DNA of 64,000 nt from Eledone cirrhosa (GCA_964016885.1 OZ024743.1:359848001-359912000); one strand, 5' to 3'. Counted from the stretch's first letter, positions 13,413 to 27,355 are shown. The notes: generated by a model not told the origin, from the letters alone. Made by a program: numbers and translations.

Positions 13413-13799
13413 ATATATAAACAACTATCTGGTTGTGGAACCAACCAACCAACCAACCAGAAATTTATAAATTTGTAAATTTATAAATATATAATAAATT
13501 GAAGTGAAAGCAACTGGTGCGTGTGATTCTTATTGGCAACATGACCCTCCCAAAGTATAACAATATATTTCTTTAATAAAATATATACAAGGAAGATTAA
13601 TCATTTTAAAAGGTATCTATATTTGAATATGTAGTTAAACTTTAATTAGTTACCTACCTAGCTGTGTGTGCTTACACACTTTACAAATTATCCCCTGTGA
13701 TTGCTTCATGTGTTTATTTTAGATATATACATATATGTCAATCAATTTCTAGTTGATATAAATAAATATATATATATACTATATAAAAATAAATATATA

Positions 13800-14719
13800 T
13801 ATATACTATATAAAAAGCAAGTTTGCTTGTTTGATGACCTGGATTTACGCTAAATCCTGAATAAATTGGTAATAATTAAAGTATTTACTGGAATTGCTCT
13901 CTGCAGATCTAGTCACTATACCTTTCGCTTTTTTCTCCATGAATTTCCTTGAATTTTAATCGATTTTCTTTCGATATTTTTTTCCAATAAGAATCTAAGG
14001 GAGCTAAATCACTTAAACATTGTTTAACATTAATTTATACAATTTGCCAATAACTGTTATATACACATATTGATTGATACATGTGTATGCATAAACATAT
14101 ACATATTTATGCATGTGTGTATCATCATCATCATCATCATCATCATCATCGCCGTTTAACGCCCATTTTACCTTTAAACGGTGATAATGATGATGTTGTA
14201 TGTATACATGTATATATTTATACATGTATATATTTATACATGTATATATTTATACATGTATATATTTATACATGTATTTATTTATACATGTATATACATG
14301 TATAAAATAAATTCTCAGGGAGATTCACAATATGTACGCCTAAATGTAATCCTCAGCAAGATTCAGCATATTTATGCTTAAATATACTTCTCAGAGAGAT
14401 TCAGCATATGTACGCTTGAATGTTATTCTCAATGAGATTCATGAAGTGTATGCTTAAATGTTATTCTCATGGAGATTCCGCATTTGAATGCTTACATGTA
14501 ATTCTCCTGGAGACTCAGCATGTGTACGCTTAAATGTAATTCTCAGGGAGAATTACATTTAAGTGTACACAAGTGTACACATGCTGAATCTCCCATCAAT
14601 TGAAGAATAAATGGAATTTAGAATAAGTACTTCCTATATTACATGTTTTTCTTTCTTGTTATATACTTATATATCAGGGCCAATTTCATTCCCGGGCGAC
14701 GCCGGGTATCCCTGTTAGA
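13800..14719 (+). mobile_element. Non-autonomous Helitron-like element
   Basis: 5' TATACTATATAAAAAG start. 3' hairpin CCCGGGCGACGCCGGG followed by TATCCCTGTTAG (CTAG variant). Internal mini- and microsatellites. Confidence 0.55.
14310..14594. repeat. 38 bp minisatellite (~6 units) capped by one inverted unit
   Basis: Unit ~AATTCTCAGGGAGATTCAGCATATGTACGCTTAAATGT. 14551-14594 is a reverse-complement unit. Confidence 0.85.
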
Positions 14720-14745
14720 ATATATATATATATATATATATATAT

Positions 14746-15670
14746 AAACATGAGAAGAATGAATACTGCGTGGTTGCACATGGGTTACATATGATAACAA
14801 TAGTCCTTCATCAGTGATTTTCAAACCTTCATTGGTATTACATCACTTTAAAAATCATATACCTCCAGTTGGTGCGAGCAATAGCTAAATAAAGCTATTG
14901 GGACAAGGAAATCGCGTAAAGCGAGCGAGACAAGTAAACAAACATAGAAGGATAGCAACGCAAAGATAGGAAAAAACAAGCACAAGGGAGTCCGATCAGC
15001 TTAAGCTGTGTGGATTTCATGAGCGAGAGGAAACAGACCGTACGCGCGTGTGAGGTGTGAGCAAGAGAGGACCCCACTTTAGGCCAAACGGGAGGAAGTG
15101 AGAAGGGGAGAAGCAGTGAGTGGGTGAGTGGAAGTGCGAGGAAGAGGCCAGTCGAGAGAAAGTGTAACTGACAGAGGGGGCGAAAGAAGGTGAGAGAAAC
15201 AGAGAGAGGGGGAAGCAGTAACAGATAAACAGACACACGCAGCTGGGGAAAATATATATAAAACATGAGAAGAATGAATACTGCGTGGTTGCACATGGGT
15301 TACATATGATAAAAATAGTCCATCATCAGTGATTTTCTAACCTTCATTGGTATTTCATCGCTTCATAAATCATATACCTCCAGTTGGTGCGAGCAATAGC
15401 TAAATAAAGCTATTGGGACAAGGAAATCGCGTAAAGCGAGCGAGACAAGTAAACAAACATAGAAGGATAGCAACGCAAAGATAGGAAAAAAACAAGCATA
15501 TGGGAGTCCGATCAGCTTAAGCTGTGTGGATTTCATGAGCGAGAGACAACAGACCGTGCGACGCGAATGAGCAGTGAGCAAGAAAGGACCCCACTTCAGG
15601 CCAAACGGGAGAAAGTGAGGAGGGGAGAAGCAGAGAGTGAGTGAGTGGAAGTGCGAGGAAGAGGCCAGAG
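14746..15670. repeat. Tandem duplication, ~515 bp unit (1.8 copies)
   Basis: AAACATGAGAAGAATGAATACTGCGTGG starts at 14746 and 15261; highly similar throughout. Confidence 0.9.
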
Positions 15671-15805
15671 ATGTATATATATATAGATTTCATATTTCTA
15701 AAGAAACACGGTATATTTACAGGTAAACATTTAGAAAGCCGTAGTTATGCAAAAATCACCGGGGCTTACGCCCTGTAGTCGTGTCCAGCAGAAGCTAGGG
15801 GGTCA

Positions 15806-15849
15806 ATCGTCGATGCATTTCGGACTTAACTGCTCCACATCAGGACGAT
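15806..15849 (-). ncRNA. Minimal hammerhead-like motif (A9 variant)
   Basis: Minus strand ATCGTC-CTGATGT-GGA-GCAGTTAAG-TCC-GAAA-TGCA-TC^-GACGAT. Perfect 6 bp stem I and palindromic ATGCAT stem III; the core A9 is T. Confidence 0.65.
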
Positions 15850-16806
15850 GCCTCCTACACTTGCGACTGCTGGACTTCAAAACAGTCGAGAATATATACT
15901 TTTCTCGTCTATGTAAATGAAGAACGTACAGATATCCCTCTCTGTGTCTCTGTTTCTGTCTTTATATATATATATATATATACGTGTGTGGGGGGGGGGG
16001 AGGGTATGTGTGTGTGTGTAAAGCAGCGTTCGTTGCCACACTTTCTCTCTCTCTCTATCTGAATATCAAACACTTTAATAGTACCTCTCTCTGTATAACG
16101 GCCGATCTCACTCTCTCTCTCTCTGTCTCTCCCTTTGTGTCTCTCTGTGTGTGTGTGTCTATGTACGTGTGTGTGTGTGTGTGCGTATGTGTGTCCATGT
16201 GTAATGTTCGTGTGAAACATCTCTCTTTTATATTACATATAGATTTGCAATGTAAAAAGCATTACTATTTATAAATTGCCCGATTTTACATATAAATACA
16301 ATTATCAGAACGCTGAGAAAAATACAATTACCATTAAAAGAATAAATCATCAAATATTTCTCCCTTACTTCAGCATTACTTCAGCAAATATAAGGTCCAA
16401 TACAATAAAATGAGCCAGAGATAAATATCTATTAGACATCTTTGAAATTTTCAACTGTTCTAATACCGAAGATAAATATTCACAAGGAAAAAGAATTACT
16501 GATGAAATTTTAATCATATTTATTCATTTTTCTAGTGTATGATATCAAAATAATATAGTAATAATGTTTTAATTCTATTAATGGGTGCAATCATTTAACT
16601 GCGGCCATACTGCGGCATGACCTCAAACAGATGTTAGCCGACTGACTCGACCAAGAACGTATTTGTTGGAGTGTGGTACTTAAATTATTGTTATTCATTT
16701 CACGAACGACTAAGTTACGGGCATAATCAAGCTCAGAAAACTGACACATATAAATATATAAATACCCCCACCCCCACCCCACCCGCGCCCCTCCTTTCTT
16801 TCTCAC

Positions 16807-16884
<78 letters not shown>

Positions 16885-17126
16885 CGGAAGTTCGAGATAA
16901 AAACTCCCAATAACCACCTACAATCAAATAAGCTCAAGGAACACACTGCAAGCTCTTTATAAAACAGTAAGGAGAGAAATACACACAAACATACAGGTTT
17001 CCGATAATAGGGGATATAAAACCACCAAGGTGAGGAACATATAAACTACGAATGGAACGGTGTATACAAATTGATTAAATGAATAAATCAAAGTATATAA
17101 ACCACCCATTATAACTATAACTAAAA

Positions 17127-17314
17127 GGGCGGTGAATTGGCAGTATCAGTAGAGGGTTGGACGCCATGCTTTCTAGCATAGTTACGTCCCTTTACAGTCT
17201 GAGTTCAAATCCCGCCTAGGTTAACTTTGCTTTTCATCCTTACGGGGTCGATAAAATAAAGTACCAGTAATGTACTGGGTAATTGCTGGCCTTGTGCCTA
17301 AAGTAGAAACAATT
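17127..17314 (+). mobile_element. tRNA-derived SINE
   Basis: GGGCGGTGAATTGGCAGTATCAGT..GAGTTCAAATCCC..GTAGAAACAATT. ATTATAACTATAA is repeated on both flanks. Confidence 0.9.
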
Positions 17315-18151
17315 ATAACTATAAACAGCTGGACATAATCAAAGTAGAATTATAGTTTACTATAATATGTGAAGAACTCACAATACAAAGGTAGCGCATC
17401 GGTGGATCTCCCTGTAAATATGAACTTTACATCATGACAGCGAAGAGATAACTAACATGGTTTCAACAGGAGAGCTATGTAAGTCAGTTCGGCTAAGGTG
17501 GCGTGAACAGGATATGAGGCTGCTAAAATAGCAGCCCAGAACCATTCTTCTAATGTAAATTGATAAACTAGGAGCTAAATATATGAAGTCAAAATGTCGA
17601 GTTCAAAACTCTAAATAATAACTGACAATCAAATAAGCTCAAGGGACAAACTCCGAGCTCTATAAGAATGGCTGTCTTACAAGCATTGATCAATAAGTGT
17701 CTATAATAGAAGACAATTGCTTAAGATGCTTAAGATGCAGACAACGTGGTTGGGAAGCAAGCTTGATCACAGTCAGGGCAGTGCTCAAATTTGATATAAA
17801 AGCGAAATGTATTTCTACATCAGCTTAAAAGAATTAGAAAAAATAATGTCTATCAATGAAAATAATAAAGTTTACCTCATCTCTGGTTGAAGGTAAGATT
17901 TGTAAAATTCATGAAAATTCAAGTGTTATTTTCAAAACATATGTGTAGTTTCAAGTGCCATTGCTACGAGATTGTTTTAAATCATTGGCAAAAGATGTAA
18001 TAAAAGAACGTTTTAATTATCAATGTAATTGCATTACACTTAATCAATATCATAGAAACTAAACTTAGAAAACGTCCTAAATAAAAAAGGAATAGCACAC
18101 ATTCACATATATTTATGCAAACACACACACACACAGACACAGACACACACA

Positions 18152-18205
<54 letters not shown>

Positions 18206-18363
18206 ACGGATTTCTTCAGTTTCCTTCTACTAAATTCATTTTACAAGGTATTGGTCAAGTCGAAGCTATTATAACCGACACTTGACCAAATTAACGAGCA
18301 GCAGGAAGTTTCCTATACTATAACCATATATATATATGCCTATATGTGTGTGTATGTGTGTGC

Positions 18364-18416
<53 letters not shown>

Positions 18417-18431
18417 CATACACACACGCAT

Positions 18432-18544
<113 letters not shown>

Positions 18545-18789
18545 GTGTCTGCGGGCGTCCAAAAACATTAGGTAGCATTTAATACTGAAATCTGTCTTGA
18601 TTTACCACTTTTTAAAATTTTGTTTTTATGCAGTGGTTGGTGTTTGAAATAATCTTGCATAACCTGTTTCCTTCAGGCCGTTTCAATTATAACTAATTGA
18701 AAACCAATTGTCCCATGAGTATTTTAATTTGTCCTCACAAGAATGGTGCTGCGTCCATAAAATCTGATCGCATTGTTGTTAAGAATTAG

Positions 18790-18805
18790 GATAATGATTA
18801 GGAGA

Positions 18806-18850
<45 letters not shown>

Positions 18851-18945
18851 TCGATGTTGGTGATAATACTGATGCCGATTATGATGATGATGATGGTGAT
18901 GATGATGATGATAATGATGATGATAATGATGGCGACAATAATAAT
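18790..18945. repeat. (ATG)n microsatellite, imperfect
   Basis: Directly visible; the source of the poly-Met ORF. Confidence 0.95.
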
Positions 18946-19292
18946 GCTTCTACTTGAGGTGATGCGTACGTCAGGATAACTCTTTTTTTTTTATAAGAGG
19001 AAATCTAACACGCTTCCTTTTCATTTGTCCAATTTGTTCAATTAAATTTCGATTGCTTCGTCTCATAATGATAGTAAAGACAGTAAGAACAACATATCCA
19101 TTAACTACAATGGTTGATTTCATTGGAACATGGCCACACACTCATGAACGAAAGTTATAGTCAATTTAGTCGATAACGTAGATGTTTAGTAGATATCTTA
19201 TTGACCTTGGCATGTCCTACGAAGTTTGAAGTCAGAATATTAAGTCACATAATTAAGATCCGTTAAAGTTAAAGCGATTGAATCAAACGTGC

Positions 19293-19349
<57 letters not shown>

Positions 19350-20291
19350 GGATTTCTTTATTAACCACAAGGGTTTACATAAAGTAGACATTAAGGACAG
19401 TGCAGGACAATGCAGGACGGTACAAATGGGCATTTCTGCGTGTAAAAAACAAAAACAGAGGATGTAACAAAAATAACAATGAAAAATTCCCCAATAGGGG
19501 GGAGACTTCGGAGGGACATTTGTGGTGAAAGCCCAGTAAAAAGCCACAATGACCCTGACCACCAAGGCAAGTGCCCTCTCCCAGTTTTCCACCTTTAATT
19601 TACAGATATATACTCAGAGTAGGCCCATTCACTCGGGCCATTCTTGCTTCTCTCACCCATCTTTCAACAAAATGCTGGGAAGAGAGCACTTCCCTCTCTA
19701 CTCTGATTTTCCTTTTCAAATGAAATTTGAAAAAGTCAATCAGAGCATCACCGAAGAGGTAAGTGCTCGTCTTCAGCCCTTTCAAACGTGTCCACCATAC
19801 TATCTCTTTCACCATGGCCACCAGGCAGATAAAAACTGCCTGCCCTTCCCGGCTAAAGGAGGAGGGCGGGGCAATCCTCACGATGGACTCAGATGATAGC
19901 CGGATCCGTCCTAAACGCGACAGCAGGTGTTCGACATAAACCCACAAGTCAGCAATTTTCGGACACTGGACGAGTGCGTGCAGGACGGTTTCGTCGCCCT
20001 GCGCGCATCTCGGACATGCCCGGCTGACGGCACCTCCATGCCTGTAGAGTTTATCCCGAACTGGCAAGGCTCCTCGGTAGCACTGCCAGGCCAGAGATTT
20101 CTGGAAGTTGTCCATAGGCCCTGGCCCGAAAGTTCTTCCGAAGAGATTGGCTAGTTGATTTTCGTCGACGCCTAGAGTTTCCCCAAGTACGCCATCGCTC
20201 TTCCCCTCCACTAATCCTCTATAGAACGCCGAGGTGGAGTTTCCACCGATCACATTGCCCGATTGGTCGAGGGCTGTGAGCGCCTGAAGAC

Positions 20292-20292
<1 letters not shown>
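19350..20292 (-). mobile_element. 5'-truncated Tx1/L1-type LINE (ORF2 C-terminus + 3' UTR)
   Basis: zf-RVT-like CPRCAQGDETVLHALVQC; AATAAA then (TTA)n. Close paralog of 21775-22693; (AAT)n on both sides. Confidence 0.9.
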
Positions 20293-20348
<56 letters not shown>

Positions 20349-21724
20349 GGTTGATCAGAAGTGACGGGATCCAGATACCAACAGGTGAGATGATAAAGGA
20401 AATTGACTCTGAGGAAGGATACAAGTATTTGGGCGTTCTGGAGGCTGATGGCATAAAGAACAAAAAAATGAAGGAATTGTTAAGAACTGAATACATTCGG
20501 AGAGTAAGGAGCGTATTGAAGTCACATCTGAACAGCAGAAATGCCATAAGCGCAGTAAATTCCCGAGCTGTGTCTATTATTAGGTACAGTGCGGGAATTC
20601 TGAGATGGAATGTTGCTGAACAAAAAGAAATGGATAGGAAGACTAGGAAGCTATTGACTATCTACAACATGTTCCACAAGAGGAGTGATGTCGATAGACT
20701 CTACCTAAGGAGATCTGAGGGTGGAAGAGGTCTTATCAGCATAGAGGACTGTGTTCAGATGGAGAAAAACAACCTATACAAATACGTGACCTATAGTAAG
20801 GAGCCAATGCTCAGAGCTGTACTGAAGGAGGGGACAGTAGGCCAGGGGATACCCAAGGAGGAAATAACATCAAGGAGGAAGAGCAGCCTTAAGGGAAAAT
20901 CCCTTCATAGTACCTTCTTTGAGAAAACTGAATTTAGAGATCCACAGACATGGAACTGGTTGAGAAGAGGAGACCTCAAAAAGGCTACAGAAGGAATGCT
21001 AATGGCTGCGCAGGAGCAGGCCCTCAAAACGAAGTGGTTGAAGCACCATATCTACAAGGAGGAGGCTAGCCCACTGTGCAGGATCTGTGGAGAGAGAGAG
21101 GAGACTGTGGCTCACATTGTGTCCCAGTGTAAACACCTAGCCCAGACCCACTATAAGGGCTGGAGACACGATGTGATGGGCAGGGTGATCCACTGGCACC
21201 TATGCAAAGTAAACAATTTACCACATTCTGAGAAATGGTATGAGCATAGGCCAGAGGCGGTGATGGAGAACAATCAGGTGAAGGTGCTGTGGGATTTTAG
21301 GATACAGACGGACAAAAAACTGGAACACAATAGACCTGACCTGGTGGTTGTGGACAAAGAAAAAAGATCGTGTCTGATTGTGGATGTGGCCTGCCCGTTC
21401 GACACGAGAGTGCAAGAGAAGGAGAGGGAGAAAATTAACCGATACCAGGACCTAAAGTGGGAGGTGAAAAGGATTTGGAACTGCCATGAAGTCAAAGTGA
21501 TCCCGATTGTCATAGGCGCACTGGGGACTATCTCCAAAAGTTTCCAGGGATGGTTAAAGAAAATCGGCCCCTTCACGCTTTTTGGAACGCTTCAAAAGGC
21601 ATGCTTGCTTGGAACAGCAAGAACCCTCCGATACGTCCTGAATATCTGAGGCTGCAGGTAGTGGCTTGATATTCAATCCAACGGACTTTCCAGTTAACCA
21701 ACATCAATGACTGAGATTCAAGGA
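20349..21724 (+). mobile_element. 5'-truncated R4/Dong-type non-LTR retrotransposon
   Basis: Open frame 20351-21649: RT thumb, CRICGEREETVAHIVSQC, RHD, NRPDLVVVD..IVDVACP..EKINRY (RLE). Nearly identical to 28734-30109; (AAT)n on both sides. Confidence 0.93.
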
Positions 21725-21732
21725 ATAACAAC

Positions 21733-21775
<43 letters not shown>

Positions 21776-22019
21776 CTTTCTTTATTAACCACAAGGGTTT
21801 ACATAAAGTAGACATTAAGGACAGTACAGGACAATACAGGACGGTACAAATGGGCATTTCTGCGTGTAAAAAAAAATAGAGGATGTAATAAAAAGTAACA
21901 ATGAAAAATTCCCCAATAGGAGGGAGACTTCCGAGGGATATTTGTGGAGAAAGCTCATTAAAAGGCAACAGTGACCCTGACCACCAGGGCAAGTGCCCTC
22001 TCCCAGTTTTCGACCTTTG

Positions 22020-25000
22020 ATTTACAGACACACACTCGGGACATACTTGCTTCTCACACCCATCTTTCAACAACATGCTGGGAAGAGAGCATTTCCCTCT
22101 CTACCCTGATTTTCCTTTTCAAATGAAATTTGAAAAGGTTAATCAGGGCATTACCGAAGAGGTAAGTGCTCGTCTTCAGCCCTTTCAAACGTGTCCACCA
22201 TACTATCTCTTTCGCCATGGCCACCAGACAGATAAAAACTGCCTGCCCTTCCCAGCTAAAGGAAGAGGGCGGGGCAATCCTCACGATGGACTCAGCTGAT
22301 AGCTGGATCCGTCCTACACGTGACAGCAGGTGTTCGACATAAACCCACAAGTCAGCAATGCTCGGACACTGGACGAGCGCGTGCAGGACGGTTTCGTCGC
22401 CCTGCGCGCATCTCGGACATGCCCGGCTGACGGCACCTCCATGCCTGTAGATTTTATCCCGAACTGGCAAAGATCCTCGGTAGCACTGCCAGGCCAGGGA
22501 TTTCTGGAAGGTGTCCAGAGGCCCCGGTCCAAAAGTTCTTCCGAAGAGATTGGCTGGTTGATTTTCGTCGACGCCCAGAGTTTCTGCAAGTACGTCGTCG
22601 CTCTTCCACTCCACTAATCCTCTATAGAACGCCAAGGTGGAGTTTCCACCGATCACATTGCCCGATTGGTTGAGGGCTGTGAGCGCCTGAAGACATTCCA
22701 GTCTCCAAGCGCTCCCTCTCGTTCTTCGCTTGACCCAGGACTGTAGCTCCGTCAAGGAGACAAGCTGGGGAAAGATGCGTCTAGCAAACGGCAACCACAC
22801 CTGATCACCGTCGAGGAAGAGGTGGAGATGTCGTAGCCTGAGCGCGTGTCTGCGCATCATCAGCCACGGCATGCCCAGCCATCCACGTAGCGGGTGTTGA
22901 CAGCAGATGGACCGCCTGACCATCGGAGCGCGTCCCTTCCACAAAAAGCGAAAGAGCATACGCTCCAGCGCAGTCAGGCGGGGCTTAGGACAAGGTACGA
23001 CGGTCAGGAGGTAGTAGATGACGGACGCGATGTACGCGCTAGCCACCTCCGCTCAACCTTTCAGGGAGAGCTTCCTCTCCGTCCATATCTGGGTGAGTGA
23101 AGCCACCCTGCTCGTCATATCGTCCCAGTTTTTGTCCGTCAAGGTCCAGACCGAACCAGAACCCTAGCAATTTAACCAGTCCGTCCGTCCAGCGCCCGAC
23201 GACGCTGTTGGACGGCATGGACCTGCCTTTCCAAGTGCCGAACTGCAGGACCTCTGACTTTTCCTGGTTGATAATTGTTCCTGTCACCGCTTCGTATTCT
23301 CTTAGTGTAGTGTCGATCGCGTCGATGTGTTTGGCGTTCGACACCACTGCGGTAACATCGTCCGCTTATGCTGACACGGATCTTCCGCATTCTAGTTCGC
23401 GCGGGATCACCCTTAACGTCTCCAGTTGTACAGTAATGGCTCGAGAGTCAATACGTACAAGAGGGACGAGAGGAGACATCCTTGGCGGACCGAGCGCATG
23501 ATGTTGAACGGTTCTGAAAGGTGACAGTTCACTCTCACCACAGAGCAGATGTCCCTGTGCATGGCAGCGATCCAGCCTCTGAAGACGGGTCCAAAGCCAG
23601 CCGCCCTCAGGACTGCCGCTAGTTAACGATGGTCGACCATATCGAAAGCTTTCGACTGATCTAAATTGATCAAGGACCCACCCGTGCCAGGTTCCTTAGC
23701 AACCCTCTCCACGATGTATCGCATGAGGTGGAGATTGTCGTGGATGGATCTGTCGGGAATGGCGCATGTCTGCGCCTCTCCCACCAGACCACAAACGATA
23801 AGCGCCACTCTCTTTGCTAGAAACTTCGGCCAAAATCTTGAACTCTGTGTTTAGCAGAGTTATGGGCCTGATATTATCTATGTTATCCCCCCTTTTCGGA
23901 TCCTTTCTCAGCAGCGCCACAGCTCCTCGGCTCACAGAGCTGGGAATTCTCCCGTCCTGTTGCCAGTTGCAGTAGACGTCCGCCAAGAGGCCTCCGAACA
24001 AGTCTGGCATCTGTACGTAAAGTCATAGGGCAGACCATCCAAAACAGGCGATTTACCCCTTGTGCAGCCAGTCATTGCCTCCCGTACTTCAGCGGCTGTT
24101 ATCGACTTTTCGCAACACTCCGCCTCAGTGGCCGAGAGCCGCGGCGGTCCGTCGAAGTAGACACTAAAGTCCATCCCTCGATCCGGCCCGCCGCTGCCCC
24201 CGAACAGCTGAGCGAAGTATCGCTGAAAAGCTTCACACATTTGCCCGGGATCGAGTAGCATGCGCTCGTCGTGGTCCACCAAAGACCGGATCGTGGCTTT
24301 GTTGCCACGATGCGCCTCCACCACTCGCACCCATTGAACGGCTTTCGTCCCCTCGTGTCTGAGAGCACGCACCCTAGCTCTGACAACGCAGCTTTCGTGC
24401 TTTGCATTTAAGAATTGGTCAAGGGCCAATTTCGCCGCAAGTACGTCGGTCACGATGCCTTTGATAAGCGCCTCGTCTAATTTTCTAACTAGTTCTCCCT
24501 CTGCTAAAGCCTTACTATACCTAATGGCCTCTATTCTAATCGCTCTTTTCAGAGCAAACCACCACTTATTGTTGACGATGGCCCCCGTCAACGCCCGCTT
24601 AACTAGTTCGCTAATACGGTCTCTGTAGGCCTTGCGCGCTGGTTAGGACGCGTTCAGCTTCCAGTAGCCGGGTCCTCGTCTATGAAGCCTATGTAAATCA
24701 AGCACAGATCACGAATTTGTGGTCCGTGTAGCTGACTATCTTGAATTGGGGTGCCATTACTAGACCTATCTATTTCCCTACAAAATACTCTATCTACATA
24801 TGATCTGGATGACCCTATGCTGTTTTTCCAAGTCCACATTGGCACATTCTGGAAATCCAATCGGTACCTGTCAGACAGTTCGAAACGCCTGAGCAGGGTG
24901 GTGAGGCTCTTATACCCTCCTCCCCTATCCGCTAATCCCACGCAGTCCCAGCGTGCATCTAATATCCCGTTTCAGTCACCCACTAACACTAAAGAGCGGG

Positions 25001-25389
25001 ACGTTCCAAGAAAGGTCTCCAGACGCCGGAAGAAATCAAGCCGCCCTGCTGGGGAAAATGGCGACTAGCCTGAAAGCTTGCCCGTCTCCGCTGGTTACGT
25101 CCAGCACCACCATCTTACCTTCTGGGTCCAGGAAGTTGGCCCATATGGTGAGATCCAAACCTCTCCGAAAAAGCACAGCAACTCCTCCCCCCGATCCCGG
25201 ATGGCTGGGAGATGCGTACACATGGTACCCGCCGAAGATCGGTGCGAAGGCCCGTGCTTCGGAGATTCTGGTCTCGCTGATGACCACTACATCTATGTTT
25301 AGTAACATGAGGTCGTTGAGCAGGTGGCCCTGCTTCCAATACGACCCCAAGCCACGCGCATTTATGCTGCCTATTCTGAGTGAGGTCAT
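22020..25389 (-). pseudogene. Tx1 ORF2 (APE endonuclease, RT, zinc finger), disrupted
   Basis: LRIGSINARGL..VISETR; KSPVLDGLP; IRPITLLNTEFKIL; NLDQSKAFDMVDH; YADD motif mutated to stop-ADD; FLWKGR; CPRC..ETVLHALVQC. Spread over several frames. Confidence 0.9.
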
Positions 25390-25429
25390 GTTGAAATGGA
25401 GTGGAAAAGATGGGAAAGACCACTTACCT

Positions 25430-27355
25430 TACTTCTCGTAGAGGAAGGACGGTTTCTCCATCCTTTTCACTGCTTGTGGCCTCCTCAGGAAGGATGTCCT
25501 TATAAATCCTCATGGAGAGTGCTTGTCGGAAGTCTCCGATGTCTTTGGGGAATTTTTGTTTTAGTGTCATGTATGTTTACTGTGTGATGCGAATGATTTG
25601 TATGTGTGGAGGTGGTGTTAACTTTTGGGGTGTTGTGTAGTCTCTTTCTGTGATGCTGGTGTTGTGTTGGATGTAGTGTAATCATTGGTTGTTGTTCAAA
25701 TTTGATGCTGTGTAGTGTGTATCGTTTTGGTTGTTTTGTTTTGTTTGAGTTTGTTGTGGGTTTGTTTCTGTTTCGCTTTTTGGTGACTTATGCTGTGCTG
25801 GTGATGGTGGTGTTGGGGTTCATGATGGTGATGGTGTTGGTGTTTGGGGTGATGGGGTTGGTGATGCTGGTGTGGATGGTGGCGTATCTGTCCTAACTTT
25901 TTTGTTTGATAGTTTATTTGTTTTCCTCTGTATTTTGTTTTTGGAGGGGGAAGGAAGAGAATTTTTTTCTTTTTTGGTTTCTTTTTTTCTTTTTTCTTGA
26001 TACCGTTTCCCACTCCTCGTCGTCACAATCTGTCTCCAGTTGTGATAGGCCAGTGAGTGGAAAATCCTCCACAGGCGTTAGTTTTGGTTGTGGTGTGGTG
26101 GATGGAGTAGGCGCTGGTGCTAATTCTGGCGCGTTGGGTAGTGGTGGTATTGGTTTTCTACTGTTGCTGGGGTTGTTGCTGTTACAGTTGCTTCTGTTGT
26201 TGCTGCCATCTCTGCTGCTGGTAGTGTTGATGGTTGAGTCACTGGGGTGGATATGAGAGGTGGCCTCAACCTTTTAGCCTGAGGGCAGAAAGCCCTTAGG
26301 CGGGTTCCTTCACCACAAACTACACACCTAGGCCTTCTGCCCTCGACAATTACGGTGAGGTGGCTGCCGTCACTGAGGTCTATTACCTCTGGGATCTCCT
26401 CAATGCTTTTTGGTCCGCTTGGATCAGGAGCTCCATCCCAGATCCGGACCAGTTCTCCTGCGTTTCTTTCGCTATTTCGATTATCTTGGTGTTGGCTTCG
26501 ATACGGGCGAGGACGGCAGCTATTATCCAGGGAATTTCGATGGCCGGTGGAACGTGGGTTACCCTGATCTTTACGAGTCTCTGGCCACAATAGCTTGAGA
26601 CGAGTGTGAAGTCATCACTTCTTAATGGGGCCATGGAGTGTTCTCTAGCCTCCTCTGGTGTTTCAAAGAACACGTCCACGGTTCCATACTTCTGCCCACG
26701 TCTGATGTGGGTTTTTCTTTGCCCACACATGTCCCAAAGCGTTTTGGATTTGGGACTCGGATGCCCGTTCCACTCGGCGCGATTTTATGTTAATTGTTCG
26801 TTAAGACACGGTGGATAGGCGCCGATGATCCATTTTATTTGGTGGTGCTTGAGGCTGACCCTGTACCCATCTTTCTTTACCATTTTTTTGGCTTCTTCTA
26901 ATTTCTCCTGAGTTACCTGAAATGCTTCGCACTGTTTTGCTACTCTGGCAAAACTCAGGGTGGTTTTCTTAATGTCATTGTTGCTGTTGTTGTTACCGTT
27001 ATTTTTGTTATTATTCATTTTAGTTTCAGTTGTGGTGGTGGTGGCGTCAGTGGTGTTTGGTTTGGAAGAGTTCATTTCGGTGGAATTCATTTCGATATCA
27101 CGAGTAACTTTACTTTTTTCTTTTGTTTCTGTTGTCTCTGTGGTGGTGGTGTTGGTGGTGGGGGTTGTCGCTGTGGTGGTGGTGGCGACTTTAACACCTG
27201 CAGTCATTGGTAATGGCGGGAAATGAAGGTCTGCCTGAGACAAAAATATTGCTACTGCTTAAATTTTTAGTGTTGGCAAACGTTGTAATATTTACAATGG
27301 TGGTGTCGGTGTTAGGTGTTAGTTTGTGAGGAAGGTGTGACTCTAAGTCAGCCAT
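25430..27355 (-). pseudogene. Tx1 ORF1 (low-complexity, RRM-like, zinc knuckle), disrupted
   Basis: Thr/Asn-rich N-terminus, SFARVAK, YGTVDVFFETPEEA, VEGRRPRCVVCGEGTRLRAFCP (degenerate CCHC). Confidence 0.75.

Larger units (their letters stand above)
12667..13561 (+). mobile_element. 5'-truncated Penelope-like element (second PLE lineage) with 14 bp TSD
   Basis: GIY-YIG ORF remnant and hammerhead. AATATATTTCTTTA is duplicated at 12653-12666 and 13562-13575. An uninterrupted paralogous site is at ~10830-10860. Confidence 0.9.

Noticed and set aside
14310-14594. CRISPR-like regular repeat
   Set aside because: Contiguous 38 bp units without unique spacers, no cas genes, eukaryotic context.
17127-17225. 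tRNA gene
   Set aside because: The A/B boxes belong to a SINE head; no cloverleaf was found, and it is followed by the SINE body present in many copies.
19600-20547. 315 aa minus-strand ORF
   Set aside because: Chimera of antisense Dong sequence, poly-Leu from (TTA)n and the Tx1 ORF2 C-terminus; not a gene.
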